Positions 43,269 to 53,935 are shown, counted from the first letter of the stretch. The stretch: DNA of 64,000 nucleotides from Burkholderiales bacterium (GCA_023383795.1 JAHDYJ010000008.1:3582-67581), one strand, 5' to 3'. Numbers and translations are program-made. Notes: generated from the sequence alone by a model not told the origin.

Positions 43269-45596
43269 TCAAGCCCTGCGCCGCGCCGCGCGGATGCTCG
43301 CCGCCAGGTTGTTGAGCGACAGAGGCAAGGCCGTGATCTTCACGCCGAGCGGCGCGAGCGCGTCGGCGACGGCGTTCGCCACCGCGGCGCCGGTCGCGAC
43401 GATCGCCCCCTCCCCCGCGCCCTTGGCTCCGAGCGGGTTCGACGCCGACGGCGCCTCCTCGAGGAAGATCGCCTGGATCGGCGGCGCCTCGGTGCTGGTG
43501 GGCACCAGGTAGTCGGCGAAGGTCCCGCTCACGAGCTGTCCGGCCTCGTCGTACAGGAGCTCGTCGAGGAAGGTCGCGCCGATGCCCTGGACCGCGCCGC
43601 CGACCGCCTGCCCCTTCGCCAGCAGCGGGTTGATCACGCGGCCGACGTCCTCCAGCGCGACGTAGGCGAGCACCTCGACCTGCGCGGTCTCCGGGTCGAC
43701 CGCCACGTGGGCGACGTGGGTGCCGTAGCTGTAGGGCCGCATCTTGATGTCGAAGCGCGCCTTGACGTGCGTCGCCTCGCGCGCTTCGGCGTCGCCTTCG
43801 GCGGCGGCACGGGCGAGCTCGGCGACGTCGAGCACCGTGCTGGCGTCGGACTCGCGCAGCACCGCGCCCGCGCCGACGCGCAGCTCCGCGGCCGGCAGGC
43901 CGGAACGGCGCGCCGCGAGCTCGATCAGCTTGTCGCGCATCGCGGCGCCGGCCAGCTTGACCGCGCTGCCGCCGACCACGATGGCGCGGCTGTGATAGGT
44001 GCCCCAGCCTTCGTCGACGTGCGAGGTCGAGCCGTGGAAGACCTGGAACGCGGCGACCGGCAGCCCGAGCTCGTCGGCGGCGATCTGCGCGAACACCGTC
44101 TCGTGCCCCTGGCCCATAGTCGTGACCCCGACGTAGACCTCGTAGCGCCCGTCCGGCCGCGCGACGATCCGCGCGCTCTCCGACGGACCGGCGCCGCTCG
44201 ACTCGGTGAAGCACGCGAGCCCGACCCCGTGCAGCCGCCCGTCGATCACCGCTCCCTTGGCGGGCAGCGAGCCGTGGCCGATCGCGGCGAGCGCCTGGCG
44301 GTACGCCGAGTGGAAGTCGCCACCCTCGTACGCGTTCGGGCCCTCGAACGGCACCAGCGTGCCGATGTCGTAGGGGATTTCCTGCGCCGACACGAGGTTC
44401 TTCTCGCGCAGCGCGGCCGGGTCGAGGCCGAGATCGGCGGCCGCGAGGTCGAGCAGGCGCTCGCGGAAGAAGTTCGCCTCGTAGCGGCCGGGGCCGCGAT
44501 ACGTGCCGACCGGGGTCTTGTTCGAATGGAGCGCGAACACCTCGCAGGCGTAGTCGGGAATGCGGTACGGCCCCGGCAGGAACTGCGGCACGCGCGCGAT
44601 CGCCACGCCACCGCCGGTACGGGTGTAGGCGCCGAGGTCGGCCCAGACGGTCGCGCGCAGGCCGACGATGGTGCCGTCGCGCTTCATGCCGATCTCGAGC
44701 TCGCACTCGGTCTCGCGCGCGTGGTTCGTCGCCATCAGGTGTTCGCGCCGGTCCTCGATCCACTTGACCGGCCGGCGCAGCCGCATCGCCGCCCACGGCA
44801 CCAGGTAGTCTTCCGGATAGAACTCGCCGCGCACGCCGAAGCCGCCGCCGATGTCGGTCTCGATCATCTCGATCGCCGTCTCGGGCAGGTCGAGCATCTT
44901 CGCCAGCAGGCGCCGGTTGAAGAACGGCACCTTGGTCGCGCCCCAGACGCGCATGGCCGCGCCGTCGTACTCGGCGACCAGTCCGCGCGTCTCCATCGGC
45001 GCGGCGGTGTGGCGATGGCAGCGGAAGCGCTCCTTGCGCGTGTATTCGGCACGCGCGAATCCGCCCGCCGGGTCGCCGCGCGCGACGTGGTAGTGGCTGC
45101 CGACGTTGGTGCCTACGGCTTCGTGCACCAGCGCGGTCCCGGCGAGCGCCTGCGCGATGTTGGTCACCGGGTCGAGCGCCTCGTAGTCCACGACGATCAG
45201 GTCGAGCGCGTCCTCGGCGATGTAGCGCGACTCGGCGACGATCAGCGCGACCGGCTCGCCGACGTAGCGCACGCGGTCGACCGCGATTGCGCGCTGCACG
45301 AAGCGGTCGAGCCCCGGCAGCGGCGCGAGCCGCAGCGGGATCACCGGCACCTCGCCGAGGTCGGCGGCGGTGGCCACGAGGAGCACCCCCGGCAGCGCGG
45401 CCGCAGCCGCCGCGTCGAACCCGCGGATCCGCGCGTTCGCGTGCGGGCTGCGCAGCACCGCGGCGTGGACCATGCGCTCGAAGCGCACGTCGTCGGTGAA
45501 GCGGGCGGCGCCGGTGAGGAAGCGCTGGTCCTCGCCGCGCACGGTCGGGGTGCCGACGTGGGTGGCGCGGTCGACCGCACGGTCGGGTGCGTTCAT
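43269..45596 (-). CDS. Molybdopterin-binding large subunit, xanthine-dehydrogenase family (paralog of 33881..36061)
   Basis: The internal ATG at 45596 of track ORF 43269..45938 gives 775 aa. VRGEDQRFLTGAARFTDD, GGGFGVRGE, TPVGTYRGPGRYE and GAKGAGEGA motifs. ATGA overlap with the small subunit. Confidence 0.9.
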   Translation of the reverse strand: MNAPDRAVDRATHVGTPTVRGEDQRFLTGAARFTDDVRFERMVHAAVLRSPHANARIRGFDAAAAAALPGVLLVATAADLGEVPVIPLRLAPLPGLDRFVQRAIAVDRVRYVGEPVALIVAESRYIAEDALDLIVVDYEALDPVTNIAQALAGTALVHEAVGTNVGSHYHVARGDPAGGFARAEYTRKERFRCHRHTAAPMETRGLVAEYDGAAMRVWGATKVPFFNRRLLAKMLDLPETAIEMIETDIGGGFGVRGEFYPEDYLVPWAAMRLRRPVKWIEDRREHLMATNHARETECELEIGMKRDGTIVGLRATVWADLGAYTRTGGGVAIARVPQFLPGPYRIPDYACEVFALHSNKTPVGTYRGPGRYEANFFRERLLDLAAADLGLDPAALREKNLVSAQEIPYDIGTLVPFEGPNAYEGGDFHSAYRQALAAIGHGSLPAKGAVIDGRLHGVGLACFTESSGAGPSESARIVARPDGRYEVYVGVTTMGQGHETVFAQIAADELGLPVAAFQVFHGSTSHVDEGWGTYHSRAIVVGGSAVKLAGAAMRDKLIELAARRSGLPAAELRVGAGAVLRESDASTVLDVAELARAAAEGDAEAREATHVKARFDIKMRPYSYGTHVAHVAVDPETAQVEVLAYVALEDVGRVINPLLAKGQAVGGAVQGIGATFLDELLYDEAGQLVSGTFADYLVPTSTEAPPIQAIFLEEAPSASNPLGAKGAGEGAIVATGAAVANAVADALAPLGVKITALPLSLNNLAASIRAARRRA

Positions 45597-46078
45597 CCGG
45601 CCCTCCCGGCGCGGCCGCGCGCGCAGTCCAGGACCGCCTGCACGATCGGCTCGTAGCCGGTGCAGCGGCAGATGTTCCCGGAGAGCGCGCGGCGGACGTC
45701 CTCGCGCGTGGGTGTCGGGTTGTCCGCGAGCAGCGCGGTCATGGTGGTGAGGATTCCCGGCGTGCAGAACCCGCATTGCAGCGCGTGATGCTCCTGGAAC
45801 GCCCGCTGCAGGTCGTTCATCTCGCCGGGCGGCGCGAGGCCCTCGACGGTGGTGAGCCGCGCGCCCGCCGCCTGCACCGCGAACATCAGGCACGAGCGCA
45901 CCGGCGCGCCGTCCAGCAGCACGGTGCAGGCGCCGCACACGCCGTGCTCGCAGCCGACGTGGGTCCCGGTGAGGGCGCAGGTCTCGCGCAGGAAATCGAC
46001 GAGCGTCGTGCGCGGCTCGCAGCGGCCCGCGCGCCGCTCGCCATTGATGGTCAGCTCGATCTCGCGCGGCTCGGGCAT
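45593..46078 (-). CDS. [2Fe-2S]-binding small subunit of a Mo hydroxylase
   Basis: 161 aa with CEHGVCGACTV and CGFCTPG...CRCTGY. Confidence 0.9.
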   Translation of the reverse strand: MPEPREIELTINGERRAGRCEPRTTLVDFLRETCALTGTHVGCEHGVCGACTVLLDGAPVRSCLMFAVQAAGARLTTVEGLAPPGEMNDLQRAFQEHHALQCGFCTPGILTTMTALLADNPTPTREDVRRALSGNICRCTGYEPIVQAVLDCARGRAGRAG

Positions 46079-46084
46079 GGCGGT

Positions 46085-46957
46085 TCAGCGCCTCCGTGGC
46101 GTCAAGGCCTGCGCGAGCGCGCGGCGCGCGAGCACCGGCAGGAGCTCGGACCGGTATTCGGCCGATGCGTGATGGTCGGCACGCGGGGTCAAGCCGTCGG
46201 CGGCCGCTCCGGCGGCGGACCGGAGCGCGTCCTCGCCGCCGTCGGTGCCGGCGAGCGCGCGCTCCACGGCCGCCAGGCGCACCGGCCGGTCGACCACGCC
46301 GAACGCCACGACCCGCGCGTCACCGACGCGGCCGGCGCGATCGCGTTCGACGGTCGCCGCGATGCCGCAGATGGCGAAATCGCCGTGCCGACGCGCGATC
46401 TCGATGAAGCCGTGGCGCCGGCCGTCGGGCCACGCCGGGAAGCGGATCTCGACGAGCAGCTCGTCGGCGCCGAGCGCGGTCTCGAACATGCCGCGGAAGA
46501 AGGCGGCCGCCGCGATCGCGCGCCGCCCGCGCACGCTCTGCGCCACGAGCGTTGCGTCGCAGGCGAGGCAGACCGCGGGCAGCTCGGCGGCCGGGTCGGC
46601 GTGCACGAGGCTGCCGCCGACGGTGCCGCGGTTGCGGATCGCCGTGTGCGCGACCCACGGCATCGCCGAGGCGAGCAGCGGATTCGCCCGGGCCACGAGC
46701 TCGCTGCGCTCGACCGCCGCATGGCGGGTCAGGGCGCCGATCGCGAGCTCGCCCGTGTCCAGCTGCCGGATCCCGGCGAGCGAAGCGATGCGGTTCAGGT
46801 CGATGAGCCACGCCGGCGTCGCGAGCCTCAGCGCCATGACCGGCACCAGGCTCTGGCCACCGGCGAGCACCTTCGCGTTCTCGCCGTGCTCGACGAGTAG
46901 CGCCAGCGCCTCCTCGAGCGTCGCCGGAGCGACGTGATCGAACGGCGCGGGCTTCAT
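46085..46957 (-). CDS. FAD-binding medium subunit of a Mo hydroxylase
   Basis: 290 aa. MKPAPFDHVAPATLEEALALL...VLAGGQSLVPVMALR. No Cys-rich insertion. Confidence 0.9.
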   Translation of the reverse strand: MKPAPFDHVAPATLEEALALLVEHGENAKVLAGGQSLVPVMALRLATPAWLIDLNRIASLAGIRQLDTGELAIGALTRHAAVERSELVARANPLLASAMPWVAHTAIRNRGTVGGSLVHADPAAELPAVCLACDATLVAQSVRGRRAIAAAAFFRGMFETALGADELLVEIRFPAWPDGRRHGFIEIARRHGDFAICGIAATVERDRAGRVGDARVVAFGVVDRPVRLAAVERALAGTDGGEDALRSAAGAAADGLTPRADHHASAEYRSELLPVLARRALAQALTPRRR

Positions 46958-46979
46958 CGCGGACGGCGCCCCGGTCGCA

Positions 46980-47738
46980 TCACTTCCACCGCACCAGCGC
47001 CCGCTCGCACGCCTGCACCAGCTGCGAGCAGATGATCGCGACCAGCAGCACCGACAGGATCACGGCGTAGAGCTCGGTGACGAGGAACGTGTTGCCGTAG
47101 GAGATGATCCGCTCGCCGAGGCCGACCAGCGAGATCAGCATCTCGCCCACGACCATGCCCTTCACCGCCTGCACGACGCCGAGCCGCAGCCCGAGCATGA
47201 CCGCCGGCAACGCCGAGGGCAGGTAGATGCGCCGGAAGAGCGTCGCCTCGCCGGCGCCGAACGCGCGCCCCATCTCCACCAGCGAGCGCTCGGTGCCGCG
47301 CACGCCGGTCAGCGTGTTCACCGCGATCACGAAGAACGCGAACAGGAACACGGTGGCCACCACCACCGTGTCGCGGATCCCGAACAGCGCGATCAGCACC
47401 GGGACGAGCGCCGACAGCGGCGCGGACATGAGCGCGTTGATCCAGCCGTCGAGCAGATAGCGCACGACCGCGAAGCGCCCCATCGCGAGACCGACGCCCA
47501 CGCCGAGGACCGCCGCGAGGAGATACCCCTTGACGAGCGCCGCGAGGCTGGACGCTCCGGCCTGGAACAGCGTGCCGTCGCGGATCAGTCCCCACCAGGC
47601 GACGAAGACCTCCGAGACGGGCGGCAGGAACAGCGAAACGTCGAGCCGTCCGAGGATCTCCCAGACCGCGAGCAGGCCGAGGATCGCCGCGAGACCGGTC
47701 GGCCCGAGATCCGAGTCGCGCTTCGCGGCGGGCGTCAC
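46980..47738 (-). CDS. ABC transporter permease (NitT/TauT-type)
   Basis: The GTG at 47738 overlaps the ATPase stop (GTGA) within track ORF 46980..48269. 252 aa, polytopic, BPD-transporter loop (EMGRAFGAGEATLFRRIYLPSALP). Confidence 0.85.
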   Translation of the reverse strand: MTPAAKRDSDLGPTGLAAILGLLAVWEILGRLDVSLFLPPVSEVFVAWWGLIRDGTLFQAGASSLAALVKGYLLAAVLGVGVGLAMGRFAVVRYLLDGWINALMSAPLSALVPVLIALFGIRDTVVVATVFLFAFFVIAVNTLTGVRGTERSLVEMGRAFGAGEATLFRRIYLPSALPAVMLGLRLGVVQAVKGMVVGEMLISLVGLGERIISYGNTFLVTELYAVILSVLLVAIICSQLVQACERALVRWK

Positions 47739-48541
47739 TGCAGCTTCCTCAGGACCTGCCAGAGTCCGTCGACCATGCGCGCGAAGTCCGCGGTCGCGCG
47801 CACGTCGCCGGATTCGCGCGGGCGCGGCAGCGGGACGTCCAGCACCTGGTGCACGCGGCCCGGGCGCGGGCTGAGCACGACGACGCGATCGGAAAGGTAG
47901 ATCGCCTCCTCCATGCTGTGCGTGACCAGCACGACGGTCTTGCGCTCGGCCGACCACAGCCGGAGCAGGTCGTCCTGGAAGACGCGGCGGGTCTGCTCGT
48001 CGATGGAGGCGAATGGCTCGTCCATGAGCAGCACCTGCGGGTTCACGGCGAGCGCGCGCGCGAGCCCGACGCGCTGCTGCATGCCGCCCGAGAGCTGCGA
48101 CGGATAGGCGTATTCGAAGCTGCCGCCGAGCCCCACCTTGGCGATCGCGCGGCGCGCCGTCTCGGCCCGCTCCTTCGCGGGCACGCCGCGCAGCAGGAGC
48201 CCGAACTCGACGTTGTGCTGGACGGTCGCCCACGGCATCAGCGCGAAGTCCTGGAACACGACGCTGCACTCGGGCCCCGGCCCCGTCACGACGCGCTCGC
48301 CGACCGTGATCCGGCCGCTGTCGATCGGGATCAGTCCGGCGATCGACTTCAGCAGCGTCGTCTTGCCGCAGCCGCTCGGTCCGATCAGCGCGAGGAACTC
48401 GCCCGCTCGCACGCCGATGTTGATATCGACGAGCGCGTGCACGGCGCCGAAGGACTTGTGCACGCCTTCGATGCCGATGCCGACCGGCGCGGGCGGCGCG
48501 GCGGCGGCCGATGCTGCCAGCGCGGCCATCACATCCGCCAT
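47735..48541 (-). CDS. ABC transporter ATP-binding protein (NitT/TauT-type)
   Basis: Walker A GPSGCGKTT, signature LSGGMQQR, Walker B LLMDEPF. Start at ATG 48541 or 48529 within track ORF 47735..48802. Confidence 0.9.
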   Translation of the reverse strand: MADVMAALAASAAAAPPAPVGIGIEGVHKSFGAVHALVDINIGVRAGEFLALIGPSGCGKTTLLKSIAGLIPIDSGRITVGERVVTGPGPECSVVFQDFALMPWATVQHNVEFGLLLRGVPAKERAETARRAIAKVGLGGSFEYAYPSQLSGGMQQRVGLARALAVNPQVLLMDEPFASIDEQTRRVFQDDLLRLWSAERKTVVLVTHSMEEAIYLSDRVVVLSPRPGRVHQVLDVPLPRPRESGDVRATADFARMVDGLWQVLRKLQ

Positions 48542-49263
48542 CGCAGCAGCCGGCCTTCGAGCCGGGCGAGCCCGGCGAGCGCGGCGCCGGAGAGCAGCAG
48601 CGTCCACAGCACCGTCGCGAACATGCGGTCGTGCTCGAACATCGAGCGCGAGTCCATGATCAACCGGCCGAGGCCGAACGGCGAGAGCAGCAACTCGGCG
48701 ACGATCAGCCCGAGGAACGCGCGCGACAGGCCGAGGCGCAGCCCCGCGAGGATCATCGGCAGCGCGCTCGGCAGCACGATGCGCGCGAAGAGCTGGCCCC
48801 ACGACGCGCCGAACGAGCGCGCCATCTCCACCAGCCGGGGGCGCATGTCACGCACGCCGCCGTAGGCGTTCATCGTCACGAACGGCGCGCAGAAGACGAA
48901 CACGATGACCGCCGAGGAGAGGATGCTGATGCCGAACGACAGGATCACCAGCGGGATCAGCGCGGCGGTCGGCAGCGCAATCAGGAGATCCAGGTAGATC
49001 CGCGCAACGCGCCCGATCGGCCGCACCACACCCATGACGAGGCCGAACGGCACGCCGAGCAGTACCGCGGCGCCGAAGCCGAGTGCGAGCGACTGCAGGC
49101 TGGTCAGGCTCGCCTGCAGGAGCGCGCCGGACCAGACCAGCTCGATCAGCGCGGTGAACGTCGCCCACGGCGTCGGGAAATTGAAGCTGATCGGCACCCG
49201 CGCCGCCCACTCCCACAGCAGGAGGAAGACGACGAGGGATGCCGTGCGCAGCGCGATGACCAC
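48529..49263 (-). CDS. ABC transporter permease (second membrane subunit)
   Basis: 244 aa; the GTG start abuts the SBP stop. EMARSFGASWGQLFARIVLPSALP loop. Confidence 0.85.
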   Translation of the reverse strand: MVIALRTASLVVFLLLWEWAARVPISFNFPTPWATFTALIELVWSGALLQASLTSLQSLALGFGAAVLLGVPFGLVMGVVRPIGRVARIYLDLLIALPTAALIPLVILSFGISILSSAVIVFVFCAPFVTMNAYGGVRDMRPRLVEMARSFGASWGQLFARIVLPSALPMILAGLRLGLSRAFLGLIVAELLLSPFGLGRLIMDSRSMFEHDRMFATVLWTLLLSGAALAGLARLEGRLLRWRM

Positions 49264-50250
49264 TTACCGCTTGCCGAAATCCTTGAGCGTGGCTTGGAGT
49301 GCTCCGAGGTCGAAGAACTGCTCGGGGTTCCACTTGGCCGCCGGGCCTTCGAGGTTGCCGGCGGCCACCTGGAACGCCAGGTTCTGTCTGGCGCCTGCCC
49401 CCTGCATCCGCTCGAGACCGCCGTTGGCATCGAACACCTTCACCAGCGCCCGGAGCTGGGCCTCGAGCTTGGCGTCCTCGAGGCCTTTCAGCGCATCGCC
49501 GCGCTCGCGCACCCAGAAGGTGGGATCGGCGATGCCCTTGCGATACGACTCGATCATCCGCCGCACCAGCTTCTGGACCACCGCGGGCTGTTTCTTCGCG
49601 AACTCGGTGTTGACCACCAGGATGCTCGAGGACACCGGCTCGCTGGTGAAGTCGACCAGCGTGTGGAACTTGCCCGGCGCGCGCTCGTTGACGACCTGGC
49701 CCGCCGAGACGTCGAACGCGGCCGCGTCCACTGCGCCGCGCAGCAGCGCCTGCGCGCGCGCCGGAGAGCCCTCGGGCATGAACACGAACTCGGGCTTCAC
49801 CCCGGGACGGGAGTCGAAGTAGTACTCCATCAGCGACTGCACCGTCGACTTCGGCGAGTGAGACGCGATGCGCACACCGTTGAGCGCCTTGACGTCGCCG
49901 AGCTCCTTCTTCGCCATCACGATGAACTCGGGCCGCGAGAGCTCCATCAGGCCGCGGATGTTCGCCCCCTTCGCGACCGCGGGATAGAACGGCGCGAACC
50001 CGGTCGCGAACGCGCCCTGCCCGTCCGCGACGGCGAGCACCACGGCCTCGGACGACTTGAGGTCCTTGATCGTGACCTTGATGCCGTCCTCGCGCTCGAG
50101 GAGCCGCAGGCCGACGATCATCGGGATGTTGACCGCGCGCGTCACCGTGGCGAGGAGGGTGACCTCGTCGGCGGCGGCGGCCGGCCCAGCACCGGCGGCG
50201 AGTACGAGCGAAGCGAGGCCGATAACGGATCTCATGCCACGGATGAACAT
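49264..50250 (-). CDS. ABC transporter substrate-binding protein (NMT1/SsuA-like)
   Basis: The ATG at 50250 (RBS GAGGAGGAG) within track ORF 49264..50319 gives 328 aa with a signal peptide (VIGLASLVLAAGAGPAAAADE). Confidence 0.8.
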   Translation of the reverse strand: MFIRGMRSVIGLASLVLAAGAGPAAAADEVTLLATVTRAVNIPMIVGLRLLEREDGIKVTIKDLKSSEAVVLAVADGQGAFATGFAPFYPAVAKGANIRGLMELSRPEFIVMAKKELGDVKALNGVRIASHSPKSTVQSLMEYYFDSRPGVKPEFVFMPEGSPARAQALLRGAVDAAAFDVSAGQVVNERAPGKFHTLVDFTSEPVSSSILVVNTEFAKKQPAVVQKLVRRMIESYRKGIADPTFWVRERGDALKGLEDAKLEAQLRALVKVFDANGGLERMQGAGARQNLAFQVAAGNLEGPAAKWNPEQFFDLGALQATLKDFGKR

Positions 50251-50427
50251 GTCAGCTCCTCCTCGATGTGTTGGTCGCCGGCGGCCGTGAGGCTCGCCGC
50301 GGCAGCGAGGTTGTAGCACGAGTTCGCGATTCCTTCCACGCGGGCGCCGCCGACCGCATTTTCCGCAGCACGGCGCGGATGCGCAGCCAGGCCGGGACCG
50401 GCGGCCGATCCCGGCTCGTCGCGCCCG

Positions 50428-51207
50428 CTACTGAAGCAGGCGCGGGTCGATCCGATTCGTCTGCAGCGTCGCCTGGATCGCCTCGCGCAGCAGCGCCGTG
50501 TCGTCGGCGCCGTAGCCGTCCAGCCGCACGTCGGCAAGCAGCGTCGCCGGCTTGCCGAACACCAGGATCCGATTGCCGATGCCGATCGCCTCCTCGAGCT
50601 GATGCGTGATCAGCACCGCCGTCGCCCCGTTCGCCCGCGCGAGCCCCACGAACTCGTCGCGGAGCTGGCTTGCCGTCACCTCGTCGAGGTGCCCGAACGC
50701 CTCGTCGGCGAGCAGGATGCCGGGCTGCACCGCGAACGCTCGCGCGATCGCGACGCGCTGGCGCATGCCTCCCGAGAGCTCGTGCGGATAGGCCTGCAGG
50801 AAATCGCCCAGGCCGAGCCGCGCGAGCCACTCGCGCGAGCGCTCGACCTGCTGCGCCTCGGGTAAACCGAGCATCTCCAGGCCGAGGCGCACGTTGTCGA
50901 GCGCCGAGCGCCACGGCAGCAGCCGGTCCTGCTGGAACACGGTCGCGATGCGGCCGCGGAATCCGTCGAAGTCGCCGTACGGCGTGCGCCCGCCGATCTC
51001 GATCGATCCGGCGGTCGGCGCCTCGAGGCCGATCAGGATGTCGAAGAACGTGGACTTGCCGCAGCCGGTCTGGCCCACGATCGCGACCACCTCGCCGGGC
51101 TCGATGCGGAAATCGAGCTGCTGGATCGCGGTCACCGCCTCGCCGGTGGTGGTCTGGCGGTACACCTTGCGCAGGCCGGCGACCTCGATGGGGGCGGGCG
51201 CGCTCAC
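50428..51207 (-). CDS. ABC transporter ATP-binding protein (second system)
   Basis: Walker A GQTGCGKST, signature LSGGMRQR, Walker B LLADEAF. The GTG start abuts the permease stop. Confidence 0.9.
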   Translation of the reverse strand: MSAPAPIEVAGLRKVYRQTTTGEAVTAIQQLDFRIEPGEVVAIVGQTGCGKSTFFDILIGLEAPTAGSIEIGGRTPYGDFDGFRGRIATVFQQDRLLPWRSALDNVRLGLEMLGLPEAQQVERSREWLARLGLGDFLQAYPHELSGGMRQRVAIARAFAVQPGILLADEAFGHLDEVTASQLRDEFVGLARANGATAVLITHQLEEAIGIGNRILVFGKPATLLADVRLDGYGADDTALLREAIQATLQTNRIDPRLLQ

Positions 51208-51978
51208 TCAGGTCCTCCAGCGGAGCAACCGGTGCTCCAGCCAGTTGACCGCGGCCTCGAGCGCGAAGAGCAGCACCACCAGCACGAGCGTCCAGGCAAA
51301 TACGTTCGCCACCGAGAAGAGCTCCTGCGCCACCGCGAGCTGGTGGCCGATGCCGGTCACCGCGCCGACCAGCTCGGCGATCGTGACCACCCGGATCGCG
51401 AGCGACAGATTGATCTTCCAGCTGGTGAGGATCGCTGGCAGAGTGGCCGGCAGCATCAGCTTGACGAAGAACTGCACGCGCGTCGGACGGAAGCTCCGGA
51501 CCATCTCGCGCAGCTCGCGCGACACACCCTTCATCGCGTCCAGAATGTCGATCAGGAAGACCGGAGCGCAGACCACCACCAGGACGAAGCCGATGCGGAA
51601 CTCGACCCAGCGAAACCAGAGGATCGCGAACAGGATCCAGGAGACGACCGGCACCGCCATCAGCAGGCGCACGATCGGCTTCGCGTACCGGTCCGCCGTC
51701 TGCGACAGGTACATGACGACCGCACCCGCGACGCCGAGGGCGAACGACGCGGCGAGCGCGCCCAGCACCCGCGCGAGCGTGACCGCGACGTCGAGCGGCG
51801 TGATCTTCGTGAGCGCCTCGCCGATGCGCACCAGGCTCGGCACCGCGAAGGCCGGAATGCCGAGCGCGGGCGAGAGACGCGCGAGCGTCTCCCACAGCGC
51901 AGCGAGCACCGCGAGCGCGACGAACGCCTCGCGCGGCAGCCGGGCGGGCGGGGTGCCGCCGAGATCGGGCGAGATCAC
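51208..51978 (-). CDS. ABC transporter permease (second system)
   Basis: 256 aa, polytopic, with the EMVRSFRPTRVQFFVKLMLPATLP loop. Confidence 0.85.
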   Translation of the reverse strand: MISPDLGGTPPARLPREAFVALAVLAALWETLARLSPALGIPAFAVPSLVRIGEALTKITPLDVAVTLARVLGALAASFALGVAGAVVMYLSQTADRYAKPIVRLLMAVPVVSWILFAILWFRWVEFRIGFVLVVVCAPVFLIDILDAMKGVSRELREMVRSFRPTRVQFFVKLMLPATLPAILTSWKINLSLAIRVVTIAELVGAVTGIGHQLAVAQELFSVANVFAWTLVLVVLLFALEAAVNWLEHRLLRWRT

Positions 51979-51995
51979 GCGCGCCTAGGGCGTAT

Positions 51996-52955
51996 CTACG
52001 GCGTATAGATGATCATCTCGGCGGGCAGCTTGTCGAGAAACTTCGCCGCGACCGCGCGCTCGAACATCTCCCAGATGGTCTTGCGCTCCGGGCCCCAGGC
52101 CGGCTGCACGTCGAGCTCGAGGCGCTTGTTCGTGAGCGCCTCCTTGACCACACCGGGCGGCAGCTTGATGGTCTTCACGACGATCGCGTCCACCTCGTCC
52201 GGATCGGAGCGCGTGAGCGCGGCGACGTCCTGCATCGCCGCGATCAGGCGGCGCGGCAGATCACCCTTCTTCGCGAAGTCCTCGCGGATCGACAGCACGA
52301 GTTCCCACCCTGCATTGCCGGCGATCTCCTGCCACGCGGCCGCCCCGTTGAAGATGATGCGCAGATCCTTGTCCTGCCGCAGCATCATGGTCACGATCGG
52401 CTCGATCACCATCGCCGCGTCCACGCGGCCGGCGGCGAGCTGACTGCGCGCGAGCGGGAAATTCGCGTTGACCACCGTCACGTCCTTGCCCATCGTGACG
52501 CCCTTCTCGCGCGCGTAGATCGAGACCACCTGGTACTGGCCCGATCCCATGTCGGCGGCGAGCTGCTTGCCCTTCAGGTCGGCGAGCGTCTTGATCGCCG
52601 GATCCTTGGTCAAGATCGAGAGATCGGACAGGCGGAACGCGGTTGCAGCGATCTGCACCGGCGCGCCCTCGGCGCGCATCTTCTGCATCACGGTCGGCCC
52701 GCCGATCAGGGCGTCGACTTCGCCGACTGCGAGCCCGGCGTAGTACGCCGAGATCGAGGGATACGGGCGGACCTCGAGCTCGAACCCGTGCTTGGCGTCG
52801 AAGCGCTTCTCCTTCATCACGTTCACCACCAGCGGCGCGAGCACCGGGAGCGTGAGGCTTGCGGCCCTGATCTTCGGTCGCTCCTGGGCAAGGGCGCCGG
52901 CGGCGAGCGCCGAGAAGGCAAGTGCGCAGACGCAACGCGTGACGACGGTCGGCAT
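51996..52955 (-). CDS. ABC transporter substrate-binding protein (NMT1/SsuA-like, second system)
   Basis: The ATG at 52955 (RBS AAAGGAGAGG) within track ORF 51996..53042 gives 319 aa with a signal peptide. Confidence 0.8.
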   Translation of the reverse strand: MPTVVTRCVCALAFSALAAGALAQERPKIRAASLTLPVLAPLVVNVMKEKRFDAKHGFELEVRPYPSISAYYAGLAVGEVDALIGGPTVMQKMRAEGAPVQIAATAFRLSDLSILTKDPAIKTLADLKGKQLAADMGSGQYQVVSIYAREKGVTMGKDVTVVNANFPLARSQLAAGRVDAAMVIEPIVTMMLRQDKDLRIIFNGAAAWQEIAGNAGWELVLSIREDFAKKGDLPRRLIAAMQDVAALTRSDPDEVDAIVVKTIKLPPGVVKEALTNKRLELDVQPAWGPERKTIWEMFERAVAAKFLDKLPAEMIIYTP

Positions 52956-53122
52956 GGCTTCCTCTCCTTTTCCGCACTGCGGGCAGCGGCCGGCGGCGTG
53001 CCGGCCACGCGAGATGTTCCGCCAGCGCAGTCCGGGCGGCAAGTCCCCGGGCGGTGCGGGTAGACTAGCGGCCGGCGCGCGCGGAGCGCGTGCCTAGAGT
53101 CGGCACCGAGAGGAGGGTTGGC

Positions 53123-53935
53123 ATGGATCTCAAGTTGCAGGGCAAGACGGCCGTCGTCACCGGCGGCAGCGAGGGCATCGGCAAGGGCATCGCGCTCGCG
53201 CTCGCGAAAGAGGGCGTCGACGTGGCGATCTGCGCCCGGCGCAAGGACGTGCTGGAGGCCGCCGCCGCCGAGATCGCGAAGGCCACCGGCCGGAAGATCC
53301 ATCCGATCCCCGCCGACCTCACCAAGCCCGCCGACTGCAAGAGCTTCATCGACGGCGCGGCGAAGGCGCTCGGCCGCATCGACATCCTGGTCAACAACGC
53401 CGGCGCGGCGGCCGGCGGCACGATCGAGTCGCTGACCGACGAGCAGTGGGAGGCGGGCCTCGCGCTCAAGTTCTTCGGCTACGTGCGCTGCACGCGCTAC
53501 ACGCTGCCCTACATGCTGAAGCAGGGCGGCGGCCGCGTCGTGAACCTGATCGGCAACGACGGCGTGAAGGAGTCCTACTGGGAGATCTGCCCCGGCGCGG
53601 CGAACGCGGCCGGGCAGAACTTCACCATGTCGCTCGCCGGCCAGTACGGCAGGCACAACATCAGCTTCTGCGCGGTGAACCCGGGCCCGGTGCGCACCGA
53701 GCGCTGGGCCGGGCTGGTGAAGGCGATGGCGCGGGACATGAAGCTCAGCCTGGAGGAGGCGGACCAGCTCGCGCCTGCGTCGATCCCGCTCGGCCGCATC
53801 GCCGAGGTGGAGGAGGTGGCGAATCTCGTCACCTACCTCTGCTCGCCGCTCGCGCAGTTCGTGAACGGCACGATGATCGAGATCGACGGCGGCCAGATGA
53901 AGCCGCTCATGGACCGCGCGCGCGACAGACGCTGA
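53123..53935 (+). CDS. Short-chain dehydrogenase/reductase (SDR)
   Basis: The ATG at 53123 follows GAGAGGAGGG. TGGSEGIGKG (TGxxxGIG) and NNAG are present. 270 aa. Confidence 0.9.
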   Translation: MDLKLQGKTAVVTGGSEGIGKGIALALAKEGVDVAICARRKDVLEAAAAEIAKATGRKIHPIPADLTKPADCKSFIDGAAKALGRIDILVNNAGAAAGGTIESLTDEQWEAGLALKFFGYVRCTRYTLPYMLKQGGGRVVNLIGNDGVKESYWEICPGAANAAGQNFTMSLAGQYGRHNISFCAVNPGPVRTERWAGLVKAMARDMKLSLEEADQLAPASIPLGRIAEVEEVANLVTYLCSPLAQFVNGTMIEIDGGQMKPLMDRARDRR